Origin: Halarcobacter sp. | Lineage (GTDB): Bacteria; Campylobacterota; Campylobacteria; Campylobacterales; Arcobacteraceae | Direction: 5' to 3' | Length of the DNA: 64,000 bases | Assembly: GCA_963676565.1 (NCBI GenBank) | Contig: OY781089.1 | Span: 1,408,001-1,472,000, forward strand | Shown here: piece after piece, positions 38,505-48,091 of the stretch | How positions within the stretch are numbered: position 1 is the stretch's first letter | Layout of the letters: each line of letters starts with the position of its first letter | Notes under the pieces: generated by a model | Databases searched by the model: none | Told to the model about the DNA's origin: nothing | What the model saw: only the letters and a program-made list of their open reading frames with translations | Made by a program: the position numbers and the translations under genes

Positions 38505-41500
38505 TTACTTTTTAACTATCCAAACAAAAAGTAATGGAATAAAAAGCAGTGTTAAAAATGTACCTACAATTAGTCCTCCTATAACAACAGCGCCTAGTGG
38601 AGCTAATCTTTCCATCCCTATTGCCCAACCAAAGGCAACTGGTATCATTCCAACACTTACACTAATTGCAGTCATTAAAACAGGTCTTGTTCTTACTTTT
38701 ATACTTTCTATCATTGCTTCTTTCGAGCAAGTTCCAATTTTAAGTTTTTGGGATGCAAAGTGAATTAGTAAAATTGCATTATTTACAATAACTCCTGCAA
38801 GAAGTATAAAGCCAACCATAGCACTCATTGAACTATGATAATCTAAAAGTAATAAAATCCATGAAGCTCCAGCAATAGTTAATGGAATTGAAAAAATTAT
38901 TACTAGTGGAATTTTTAGTGATTCAAACATTGGAACCATTACTAAGAAAATTAAAACTAAGCCGATTGCAACACTTTTTATAATACGTTTAGAAGAATCT
39001 TCAAACTGTTCAATATCTCCTGTGTGCTTCATTTTTATATCATTTGGCAAAATGATATTTTGTGAAGCTTTTTCAAAATTATCCATAAGTTTTGAGATAC
39101 TTTGATTTTGTCTAAACCCAAATATATCAATAGTATAATAAAGGTTTTCCCTTGTAATAATATTTGGTTGTTTTACTGTTTCAATCTTAGCAATAGCACT
39201 TAAAGGAATACTCATTTTTGGCGTATGTATTAACATGTTTTCTATTTTTTTAGGAGTATTTATTTGTGAATTTTCTACTAAAATACGTATGGGAAGAGGA
39301 GTTTCATTCTTTCTTTTATATGAAGAGATAATTCCACCTCTTAAAATTGATTGTAAAGAGTTTACTAAATACTCATTTGAAATACCATATTCTAAAGCTT
39401 TTTGCGTATCTATATTTAGTTTGTAAATTTTAGAATCCATATGCCAACTTTTTGAGGCAGTTACTATTCCCCTTGTGTTTTTCATAGCCTCTTCATACTT
39501 TAAGGCTTTTTCATAAAGTTTTTTAAAATCTTCACCATATAGTGTTACATCAATATTCGCTTTTATACTAGCCATTGCAGTTGCTCCTGCATCACTTATC
39601 TCTAAAGTTTTAATCCCCTTTATTTTTGAAATCTCTTTTTTTAATTTTTCTTCAATTTCCCAAATTGTTTCGTCTCTTTCAAATCTATTTATATAATTTA
39701 CAGTAATTAAAATATCATTTATTCCTCCACCACTTCCTAGTGTTAAAACACCTGCTTCTGAACCAATTGAAGCTGAGATAGTGTCAACTTGAGCAGTTTC
39801 ATAAGATATCTTTTCAATTTTTTGCAGAATATTTTTTGTCTCTTTTATAGAGATATTTGGAGTTGTAGCAACTTTTATTTTAACAGCTCCTGTATCCATA
39901 GCAGGCATAAGCTCTTGACCAACTAAAGGCATAACAACTTTCGCACTAACTACAAATAAAGCTAATAAAGCAAAAATATAAGAAAAAAGTACAAGCTTAC
40001 TTTTTAAAGCATTTTTAAATGCTTCAATAAAAAAGGCTACAAAAATCCTATTTATAAAATCACTTATTTTTTTAAACTGTTTTTCTATATAAATTATCCA
40101 TTTAAAGTCTAATGCTAAAACTTTTTTTGAGATAAGAGGAACAAAAGTAATTGATACAAAATATGAAGCAGTTAATGCTAAAAGAAGTGTAGTAATTAAT
40201 GGACCAAAAATAGTTTGAGGATAATCCCCTACAAATAAAATAGGGAAAAGTGCAATCATAGTTGTTAGTGTTCCTGAAAAGTCTGCAAACATAATCTCAC
40301 TTGTACCATTTTGCACAGCTTCTTCCATATCCTCATGGAACTGTTCATAATGTCTTTGAATATTTTCAACAACTACAACAGTATCATCAAGTAATAAACC
40401 AAGAGCTAAAATAACACCTGTAAGGGTGATAATATTAAACTCTAATCCAAAAAGCCACATTAAAGCAATTGTAGAAAGATATACAATGGGAATTGTAAAA
40501 AGTACAATAAAAATTTGTCGAATAGAAGCTAAAAACAAAAATACAACAAGGGTTGACATTATGATTGCATCCCTTAAAGATTCAATCATATTTTCATTAC
40601 TTTGAACAATTGTAGTTTTTTGAGTATCTGTTATTTCAAAATTTAAATATGGATATTGTTCTTTTAAAACTTTTAATTTATTTTCAACAGTCTCAATAGT
40701 TTTTACAACATCAGTATTTAGATTTCTTTGAATTGCTAAAGCAATAGAATCTTTGCCATTTCCTCTATATATTGCACTATTGCTAAAATGGTTGAAATCA
40801 ATTTTTGCAATATCTTTAAGTCTTATATTTGGAGCAATTAATAGATTTTCTAGTTCATTTATATATAGTTTTTTATTTGTACTTTTTAATAAAATTTTTG
40901 AGGAATTGCTTTCAATATTTCCAATTGAAAAATCTTTATTGTTTGAATCAATTATATTAATAACTTCATTTAAATTAAGATTTAAAGAGTTTAATTTGTT
41001 TATATCAAAAACAATTTGAATCTCTTTTTTATATCCACCAAAGATATCAACATTTGCAATTCCGTCAAGTTTTAGAAACTCCTCTTGTATATTTGTCTCT
41101 ATTAGTTCACGTAAATCAATAAGAGTAAGATTTTCTGAGCTTACTCCAAGAGTTATAATTGGAGCAGTTGCTGCAGTGATTTTATTGATTTGAGGTTCTT
41201 GAATATCTTTTGGAAGTTGTGAACGAACCTTATTTAAAGCATTTGATACATCATTTGCAGCATCATTAATATCTTTCTCATAGTTAAATTCAACTCTTAT
41301 CACACTTACTTCATCTATTGTTGAAGAGGAAACTCTTCTTACATAATCAATTGTATATAACTCTTTTTCAACAACTGTTGCAACATCTGTTGCCATATCT
41401 TGTGCACTTGCACTTGGTTTTACAATAACCACTGCGATTTCTGGTCTATTTGAGTTTGGAAACAGTTTTTTATCAAGCTTGAAATAAGCATTTATTCCCA

Positions 41501-41576
41501 AAAAAACAAAAAGTGCTAAGAAAGAGAAAATAAAAAATGGTCTATGCAAAATTGTTTTTACTAATTTATCAATCAT
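38505..41576 (-). CDS. RND efflux permease (AcrB/AcrD/AcrF family)
   Basis: 1023 aa; GLLLDDTVVVVENI, GVIVNNAILL, RTRPVLMT, PLGAVVIGGL. Confidence 0.93.
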   Translation of the reverse strand: MIDKLVKTILHRPFFIFSFLALFVFLGINAYFKLDKKLFPNSNRPEIAVVIVKPSASAQDMATDVATVVEKELYTIDYVRRVSSSTIDEVSVIRVEFNYEKDINDAANDVSNALNKVRSQLPKDIQEPQINKITAATAPIITLGVSSENLTLIDLRELIETNIQEEFLKLDGIANVDIFGGYKKEIQIVFDINKLNSLNLNLNEVINIIDSNNKDFSIGNIESNSSKILLKSTNKKLYINELENLLIAPNIRLKDIAKIDFNHFSNSAIYRGNGKDSIALAIQRNLNTDVVKTIETVENKLKVLKEQYPYLNFEITDTQKTTIVQSNENMIESLRDAIIMSTLVVFLFLASIRQIFIVLFTIPIVYLSTIALMWLFGLEFNIITLTGVILALGLLLDDTVVVVENIQRHYEQFHEDMEEAVQNGTSEIMFADFSGTLTTMIALFPILFVGDYPQTIFGPLITTLLLALTASYFVSITFVPLISKKVLALDFKWIIYIEKQFKKISDFINRIFVAFFIEAFKNALKSKLVLFSYIFALLALFVVSAKVVMPLVGQELMPAMDTGAVKIKVATTPNISIKETKNILQKIEKISYETAQVDTISASIGSEAGVLTLGSGGGINDILITVNYINRFERDETIWEIEEKLKKEISKIKGIKTLEISDAGATAMASIKANIDVTLYGEDFKKLYEKALKYEEAMKNTRGIVTASKSWHMDSKIYKLNIDTQKALEYGISNEYLVNSLQSILRGGIISSYKRKNETPLPIRILVENSQINTPKKIENMLIHTPKMSIPLSAIAKIETVKQPNIITRENLYYTIDIFGFRQNQSISKLMDNFEKASQNIILPNDIKMKHTGDIEQFEDSSKRIIKSVAIGLVLIFLVMVPMFESLKIPLVIIFSIPLTIAGASWILLLLDYHSSMSAMVGFILLAGVIVNNAILLIHFASQKLKIGTCSKEAMIESIKVRTRPVLMTAISVSVGMIPVAFGWAIGMERLAPLGAVVIGGLIVGTFLTLLFIPLLFVWIVKK

Positions 41577-42478
41577 TTTATTCTCACCTTAATAGAGATT
41601 AATGAATTTATAGGATTAGATAAGTTTTTATCTAATTTAATGTTTGCTTCTTTCATATAGTTTTTTGCACTTATATTGATAGATTCAATTACACCTATTT
41701 TTTTATTATCTATATAAACTTCTTGATTTTGTTTTATATCTTCACTTGCAAATAAAAAACTAAGTTTCTGCTCTTTTGAAACTAATGATAAAATAGGTTT
41801 ATTTACAGAACTTAAATCTCCAATATCAACAGAAATCTCTTCAATAAAACCATCAATAGGAGATTTTAAAGAGTAATATTCTTGAAGATTATTCTTAGAG
41901 TCTAGAAATGCTTGTTGTGAATTTAGTTCATTTTTCTTTGATTCTATTGTTTTTAGAGTTGAGTCATATTTTGCCTTTTTTTGCTCATAAATCACTTCAG
42001 AAAAATTTAACTTATCTTTTGAAATACCACCAATTTTATATAATTTTTTATTTGTTTCAAACTCTTTAAGTGATAATTGCATATCAAGTTTTAAAGAGTT
42101 TAAAGAACTTACAAAAGAATCAACTGATGATTTTAATGCATTAATTGAATAACTAAGTTGTAAAAGAGTTTGTTTATACTCCAAATCATCTATAGAAACT
42201 AGTTTTTGTCCTTTTTTTATCTCTTGATTCTCTTCTACAAATATCTTTGTAATATGTCCTGAAATTTTTGTAGAGATTTTTGGATTTTGCACTGCTTCAA
42301 GCTTTGCACTAAAAGTTTCAAATTTATCCAAACTTTCTTTTTGTTTTGTTTCTAATGGTTTATATACATGAACAAAGGCTTTTTTCTCATTTGAAATTTC
42401 CTCTTTTTTTTCTTTTATTAGTTTAAAACCACCAGTTATAAGTAAAGCCATAATTATAAATAAAGCTATTTTTTTCAT
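41573..42478 (-). CDS. RND periplasmic adaptor (membrane fusion protein)
   Basis: ISTKISGHITKIFVEENQEIKKGQKL lipoyl half-motif, coiled coil, LKSPIDG. Confidence 0.88.
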   Translation of the reverse strand: MKKIALFIIMALLITGGFKLIKEKKEEISNEKKAFVHVYKPLETKQKESLDKFETFSAKLEAVQNPKISTKISGHITKIFVEENQEIKKGQKLVSIDDLEYKQTLLQLSYSINALKSSVDSFVSSLNSLKLDMQLSLKEFETNKKLYKIGGISKDKLNFSEVIYEQKKAKYDSTLKTIESKKNELNSQQAFLDSKNNLQEYYSLKSPIDGFIEEISVDIGDLSSVNKPILSLVSKEQKLSFLFASEDIKQNQEVYIDNKKIGVIESINISAKNYMKEANIKLDKNLSNPINSLISIKVRIK

Positions 42479-42483
42479 GAATA

Positions 42484-43719
42484 TTATTCCTTAGTTAGAT
42501 ATTGGTAATAGAATCTTGATTTAAAAAGATTGTTATTAGCTTGAATTTGATTTGCAAATATTTGTTGCTCATTTGAAAAGGCTAAAAGATAATCATTTAT
42601 ACTTATTTGATCCTCTTCATATCGTATTTTTTCTATTTGAGTTGTTTTTTGTGCTAGTTTAAATTGTGATATTGCACTATTTAATAGACTCTCATTTTGT
42701 TTTATTAATTCTTGTGATTCTATAATCTTATTTTCATAATCATTTTTTAGTTTTTTATATTCTAATGATGCTTTTAACTTTTCAATTTTTGCTTTTTGCA
42801 GATTTTTTTCTCTTACATTAAAATCAAAAATATTCCAGTTAAGTTGTAAACCTATATTTGAAACAGTCTCTTTTTCACCTTCGCCATAAGTGTTGGAATA
42901 TGCTGCTTCTAAGTTTATTGTTGGATAATATGAAGATAAAGCTTTTTTATAACTCTTATTTGATTTTTTTTCTAAAGATTTGGCAACTTTTATTTGAGAT
43001 AAATTTTCTAAATCATACTCTTTATCCTCATCTTTTAAAGATATATTTTCTAGCTTCTCTAGATTTTTATTTTCCCCATAAATCAATAGAGACAAACTAT
43101 TTTTTAGTATATTTATTTTTGATTTTAGTTCAATTATTTTTGCTTCATTTTTTTTAATATCTGATTGGATTTTAAAAATATCAACTTGAGCTTTTTTACC
43201 ATATTCAAACTCTTTTTCAATAATTTTTTCTAGAGATATTAAAGTTTTTTGGTACTTTTCATAGGATTTTTTAATATTTTGCAAAGATAAAATATCACTA
43301 AATAGACTTTGAGTGTTATATCGCATTTGATTTAAAGTCATTTTCTCTTTTTCTTGTGAAACAAAACTATTTAATTTGGCTATATCAATCTCATTTGTTA
43401 AAGCAAAACCATTAAATAGCGTGACTTTATAAGAAACTCCTATTGTAGATAATTTATCACTTGTAACCACATCACTTGAAATAGGAGGTGCTAAGGGAGC
43501 TAGGGTTCTTTTTTCATTATATTTTGTGATTGAACTATTTAAATTAAATTTTCCAAATTGTGAAGCTTTTTTTTCCTCTTTTGATAAAGATGAAATTTCA
43601 TTTTCATTTTTAGAGATTTTTATATCAAGATTGTTTTGTTCTAAAACTTCTAATGCTTTATCCAAAGTAAGTGCATAAGTTGATGCTAAAAAAGTCAAAG
43701 TTAAAATAATTATTTTCAT
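42484..43719 (-). CDS. TolC-family outer membrane efflux protein
   Basis: Signal peptide, LTLDKAL, YYPTINL, WNIFD; first gene of the RND operon. Confidence 0.88.
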   Translation of the reverse strand: MKIIILTLTFLASTYALTLDKALEVLEQNNLDIKISKNENEISSLSKEEKKASQFGKFNLNSSITKYNEKRTLAPLAPPISSDVVTSDKLSTIGVSYKVTLFNGFALTNEIDIAKLNSFVSQEKEKMTLNQMRYNTQSLFSDILSLQNIKKSYEKYQKTLISLEKIIEKEFEYGKKAQVDIFKIQSDIKKNEAKIIELKSKINILKNSLSLLIYGENKNLEKLENISLKDEDKEYDLENLSQIKVAKSLEKKSNKSYKKALSSYYPTINLEAAYSNTYGEGEKETVSNIGLQLNWNIFDFNVREKNLQKAKIEKLKASLEYKKLKNDYENKIIESQELIKQNESLLNSAISQFKLAQKTTQIEKIRYEEDQISINDYLLAFSNEQQIFANQIQANNNLFKSRFYYQYLTKE

Positions 43720-43816
43720 TGAATCTTCCTATATATTTTTTGGAATCTTAAATAAGAAGTGTTAATAAAGTATAAATATAAACACTTCATTAACAAAACT
43801 ACTCTAAAATTAAATT

Positions 43817-44470
43817 ATGAAAAAGATATTATTGGTTGAAGATGACACTATTTTAGGTGAAACTATTGTAGATATTTTAGAAGATAAAAACTATGAAGTG
43901 ATATGGGTAAAAGATGGAAAACAAGCACTTGATAAAAGTTTTTGCACTAAATATGATTTATATCTATTAGATGTAAATGTACCTTTTATAAATGGTTTTG
44001 AGCTTTTAAAAGATTTAAGACAAAGTGCAGATATGACACCTGCAATATTTATAACTGCATTAGTTGATATAAATAGTTTAGAAAAAGGTTTTGATGTTGG
44101 AGCTGATGATTATATTAAAAAACCTTTTAATGAAAAAGAATTACTAATAAGAATAAATGCTCAAATAAAAAAGAGTTTTAATTCGTATGAAGATATCTTA
44201 AAATACAAAGATTTAGAATATGATATAGGTTCAAAAATATTAAGAAAGAATGGAAAAATAGTACATTTAAGTCCAAGTGAAAGTGAACTTCTAGAACTTT
44301 TTTTAAAAAACCAAGGTAAAATCATCTCAAAAGATGAAATTCTTTTTACTTTAAAAGATGGAGAAATAGGAAGTGATGCCTCACTTAGAGTTCAAATCTC
44401 AAAACTAAAAAAAATTGGTCTTGAACTATCAAATATAAGAGCAGTAGGATATAGATGTGAAAAATTATGA
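43817..44470 (+). CDS. OmpR-family response regulator
   Basis: LLVEDD, LLDVNVP, GADDYIKKPF, NIRAVGY. Confidence 0.92.
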   Translation: MKKILLVEDDTILGETIVDILEDKNYEVIWVKDGKQALDKSFCTKYDLYLLDVNVPFINGFELLKDLRQSADMTPAIFITALVDINSLEKGFDVGADDYIKKPFNEKELLIRINAQIKKSFNSYEDILKYKDLEYDIGSKILRKNGKIVHLSPSESELLELFLKNQGKIISKDEILFTLKDGEIGSDASLRVQISKLKKIGLELSNIRAVGYRCEKL

Positions 44471-45533
44471 AAAAAAAGCTTTAATAAAATTTACCTCTAT
44501 CTACTTTTTTTTAGTTGCTATTTTAGTTTTAATACTTGGATTTTTATATTATTGGCAGCAACAACATCTAATAATGAAAAAAAGTGTGATGCAGATGCTT
44601 CAATACTCTCAGGTTTTAGTTAAAACAGATTTTAAATATTCTCAAGAAGGTTTTTCTTATGAATTAAAGAAGAACCAAAAAATAGTTTTTGATATACCAA
44701 CTAAAGAAGGGAAGTACTATACAAAAGTATTCCCTATATCAAAGAAAGAGGGTTTTATAAAAGTAAGCACTTTAGCAAAACCAATTGATGAGGAAATTTC
44801 TAAAGTTAAAAAATTTACAATATCCTTGCAAATTATACTTTTAATAGTTTTTCTTACAGTAAGTTATTTTCTTGCAAAGCTCTCTATAAAACCCATGAAA
44901 GAAACAATTTCACATCTTGATAGGTTTATTCTAGATATTATACATGATTTAAATACTCCATCAACTGCTATTATTCTAAATAGTAATTTACTTTTAGAAA
45001 AAGAAGATGATGAAAAAAAAATCAAAAAGCTAAATAGAATAAAAATGTCTGCTGATACAATATCTTCTTTATATAAAAACTTAGAAATAATTTTAAATCA
45101 AAAGTTGTTAAAAGAAAAGATTGATATTGAAAAAATAGTTAAAAATAAAGTTGAAGATTTTAAACTTCTTTTTCCAAAAATAAAATTTGTAATTGATATA
45201 AAACCAAATAGTTACATAAAAACAAATGAAAATGCATTAATTAGAATTTTAGATAATCTTTTAACTAACAGTTGCAAATATTCTAATGAACAAAATCCTG
45301 AAATATATATAGTCTTTGAAAAACAAATATTAAGTGTTAAAGACAATGGTAAAGGTGTAAAATATCCTAAAAAAATCTTTGAAAGATATTATAAAGAGGA
45401 TAATTTAGGCTATGGAATAGGAATGCATATTGTTCATAGACTTTGTGATAATTTAGATATAAAATTATTTATTCAGTCAATTGAAGACTATAAAGGCACT
45501 GAAGTAATATTAAATTTTGACACAATTAATTAG
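44457..45533 (+). CDS. Sensor histidine kinase
   Basis: Two TM, IIHDLNTP, NLLTNSCKY, DNGKG, GYGIG. Confidence 0.9.
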   Translation: MKNYEKKALIKFTSIYFFLVAILVLILGFLYYWQQQHLIMKKSVMQMLQYSQVLVKTDFKYSQEGFSYELKKNQKIVFDIPTKEGKYYTKVFPISKKEGFIKVSTLAKPIDEEISKVKKFTISLQIILLIVFLTVSYFLAKLSIKPMKETISHLDRFILDIIHDLNTPSTAIILNSNLLLEKEDDEKKIKKLNRIKMSADTISSLYKNLEIILNQKLLKEKIDIEKIVKNKVEDFKLLFPKIKFVIDIKPNSYIKTNENALIRILDNLLTNSCKYSNEQNPEIYIVFEKQILSVKDNGKGVKYPKKIFERYYKEDNLGYGIGMHIVHRLCDNLDIKLFIQSIEDYKGTEVILNFDTIN

Positions 45534-47125
45534 TGAGGAAGACTAATAGTGAATTTTGCTCCATTTGCTATATTTTTTGCGTTTATTGTCCCATTAAATT
45601 GATTTTTAATTATCATTTCTGACATATATAAACCAATTCCCGTTGATGTTTCTTCTTTTTTAGAATTAAAAGGTTTAAAAATATCATCAATAGGGTCAAC
45701 TTTAATTCCTCCTGCATTGTCACTGATAGTTAAAATAATATTATCTTTTGTATCTTTTAGTGTAATTTTAATAAAAGGGTTATCTATTTTTTTTGCTCTT
45801 ATAATATCTATGGTATTTTGTATTATTGATAAAACTATATGTGCTAAACTATTTGAATTACCATAGATTTCTATTTTTGAGTCAATCTCTTTTTTTAATT
45901 TAACTTGGTTAAGTTCTAAAATTGAATCAACTATTTTAAGTGCTTGATTGATTGAAACAATTGGATTAAAAACTGTATTATCAGTTTTTTTATAAAAGTC
46001 TTGAAAGTTAGTAATTGTTTCAGACATAAATTGAATTATCTCTTCATTTTCAATACTCTCTTTTTTTATCTCCTCATCTTTTGTTTTTTTCTTTATATAC
46101 ATGTTATTAAAACTTAGTTGTGTAAGTGGTTGCCTCCATTGATGAGCAATTATAGCAATCATCTCTCCTAAAACTGCAAATTTAGATTGTTGTTCAAGAA
46201 GTTTACTATTTAGTTTTTCATTGGATATATCTTGGATATTTGCAACAATTGCAATATCTTTATTTTCTCCACTTGAGCCAAATGATATACGAATTGGAAA
46301 ATTAATTCCTTCTTTATTAACTGCAACAATCTCTTGAACTTCTCCAATATTAGGATTTTTAGAAATATCAAAATTGGGAATTAGTCTTCCAAAAAGAGGC
46401 TTATTTAACATCTCTTCTTTAGTATAATGAAAAATATTTTGAGCTTCTTTGTTAAATGTTCTTATTCTTAAATTACTATCTAAAGTGATAATAGCATTTG
46501 TACTTGATTCAATTACTGCATTTGAGAACTCTTTTTGAGCAATTAACTCATTGGTTCTTTTATTAATTCTTTTATTTGCTGGCATAAAGATAAAAATAGC
46601 TTCAAAAAGCAATGTTGTTAGTGTCATTATTAGAATGTAAGATTCTACTTGCTGTACTTTTTTTGTATTTTCTTGAGCTTCATTTAAATAAATTAAAACA
46701 GCTTTTTCTAAATCTAAAATAAGATTTTCTGAGTTTTTTAATACATAGTTTTGACTTCTTCCATCTCTATTTATATAAAACCTTTTAGCATGAAATAAAT
46801 ATTTTTTAACTTTTTTATCTAGATTAGTTTCTGAACCATAATAAATTTTAGATAACTCTTTTGACATATTAAATGAAGTTAACTTTTTGTGTGTTTCTTC
46901 CATTTCTGTAATTTTATTTTTTAATCTATCAATCTTATAGTAAATTGCAAAAAAAGCAATCTCCCTTGTAATAATTTTTTGATTACCACTCATGTTTACA
47001 ACTTTTGCATCATTTGATTGTATAGTTAAAAGTTTACTAAGGTTAAAAAATGCAAGTATTGATAAAATAGCAATAATACTTAGTGCTAGTATATATCTTT
47101 TTGTAAAACTAAAATTTTCAAACAT
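45530..47125 (-). CDS. Sensor histidine kinase with NarX/PilJ-like periplasmic domain and PAS
   Basis: P-box-like DAKVVNMSGNQKIITREI after TM1; PAS; IAHQWRQPL; DNAGG; GIGL. Confidence 0.85.
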   Translation of the reverse strand: MFENFSFTKRYILALSIIAILSILAFFNLSKLLTIQSNDAKVVNMSGNQKIITREIAFFAIYYKIDRLKNKITEMEETHKKLTSFNMSKELSKIYYGSETNLDKKVKKYLFHAKRFYINRDGRSQNYVLKNSENLILDLEKAVLIYLNEAQENTKKVQQVESYILIMTLTTLLFEAIFIFMPANKRINKRTNELIAQKEFSNAVIESSTNAIITLDSNLRIRTFNKEAQNIFHYTKEEMLNKPLFGRLIPNFDISKNPNIGEVQEIVAVNKEGINFPIRISFGSSGENKDIAIVANIQDISNEKLNSKLLEQQSKFAVLGEMIAIIAHQWRQPLTQLSFNNMYIKKKTKDEEIKKESIENEEIIQFMSETITNFQDFYKKTDNTVFNPIVSINQALKIVDSILELNQVKLKKEIDSKIEIYGNSNSLAHIVLSIIQNTIDIIRAKKIDNPFIKITLKDTKDNIILTISDNAGGIKVDPIDDIFKPFNSKKEETSTGIGLYMSEMIIKNQFNGTINAKNIANGAKFTISLPH

Positions 47126-47200
47126 TGATTTACCTCAATTCTTTTTTGAAGTAATAATGCTATCATAATTTTCTAAATAAAATTTCTTGGGAATTGGAAA

Positions 47201-47887
47201 ATGATAGAAAAATATGAAATAAAATTAAAAAAATCATCTATTCTTTTGGCTGAAGATGAAGATAAGTTAAGAGAAAGTTTTAAAAGAATTTTATTGCTTT
47301 ATGTGGATAAGGTTTATAGTGCTTCAAATGGGGAAGAAGCTTTAGAATTATATAATAAATATAATCCTAATATTTTAATTACAGACCTAAAAATGCCTAA
47401 ATTAAATGGTTTAGATCTAATTAAAACTATAAGAAAAGAAAACGAAGCTATACCAATTATTGTAACAAGTGCTTATACTGATCAAAACTTTTTATTAGAA
47501 TCAATTAAATTATCTTTAATTGAATATGTAGTTAAACCAATAGCAGAAGCTAATCTTTCAAAATTATTAGAAAATTGTGCAAAACAATTGTTAAAGAATT
47601 CGAAGACTATTATTACTTTTACTGATGAATCTTCATATGATTATGATAATAAAAGCTTTAAATTTAAAAATGAAACGGTTCTTCTTACTAATAAAGAAGT
47701 AGAATTTATTGAAATATTACTAGCTCATAGAGGTTCATTAGTAACTAAACATGAGATAGAAGATAAATTATATATTTATGAAGAAGCCCCTTTAAGTGCT
47801 CTAAAAAATCTTGTTTTTAAACTTAGAAAAAAACTAAAAGTTGACATAATTCAAACTGTATCAAAACTTGGATATATGATTAAATAG
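47201..47887 (+). CDS. OmpR-family response regulator
   Basis: LLAEDE, TDLKMP, VKP, winged-helix LVFKLRKKL..LGY. Confidence 0.92.
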   Translation: MIEKYEIKLKKSSILLAEDEDKLRESFKRILLLYVDKVYSASNGEEALELYNKYNPNILITDLKMPKLNGLDLIKTIRKENEAIPIIVTSAYTDQNFLLESIKLSLIEYVVKPIAEANLSKLLENCAKQLLKNSKTIITFTDESSYDYDNKSFKFKNETVLLTNKEVEFIEILLAHRGSLVTKHEIEDKLYIYEEAPLSALKNLVFKLRKKLKVDIIQTVSKLGYMIK

Positions 47888-48008
47888 AAAATTTTATAAA
47901 AAAAAACTACAGCGACTCAAAAGAAACTCAACATAATATACAATTCATTTAAGATTGATAGTTAATAATATAGATTAAGTAAATATTAAATTTACAATAA
48001 TTTATTTA

Positions 48009-48049
48009 TTGATTTTAATCAATTAAAAAGTTTATCAACTTGGTAAACT
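48009..48049 (+). promoter_or_regulatory. Crp/Fnr-family box and extended -10 of nosZ
   Basis: TTGAT-TTTA-ATCAA (48009-48022); TGGTAAACT at 48041-48049. Confidence 0.82.
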
Positions 48050-48091
48050 TTTAAGTGTCATCTGACAAATAGTATAGAAGGAGAAGTTAAG

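Noticed and set aside
47903..47931. ACTCAA-like direct repeats as an OmpR-type site upstream of nosZ
   Set aside because: Short, irregularly spaced (9 and 11 bp) and plausible by chance
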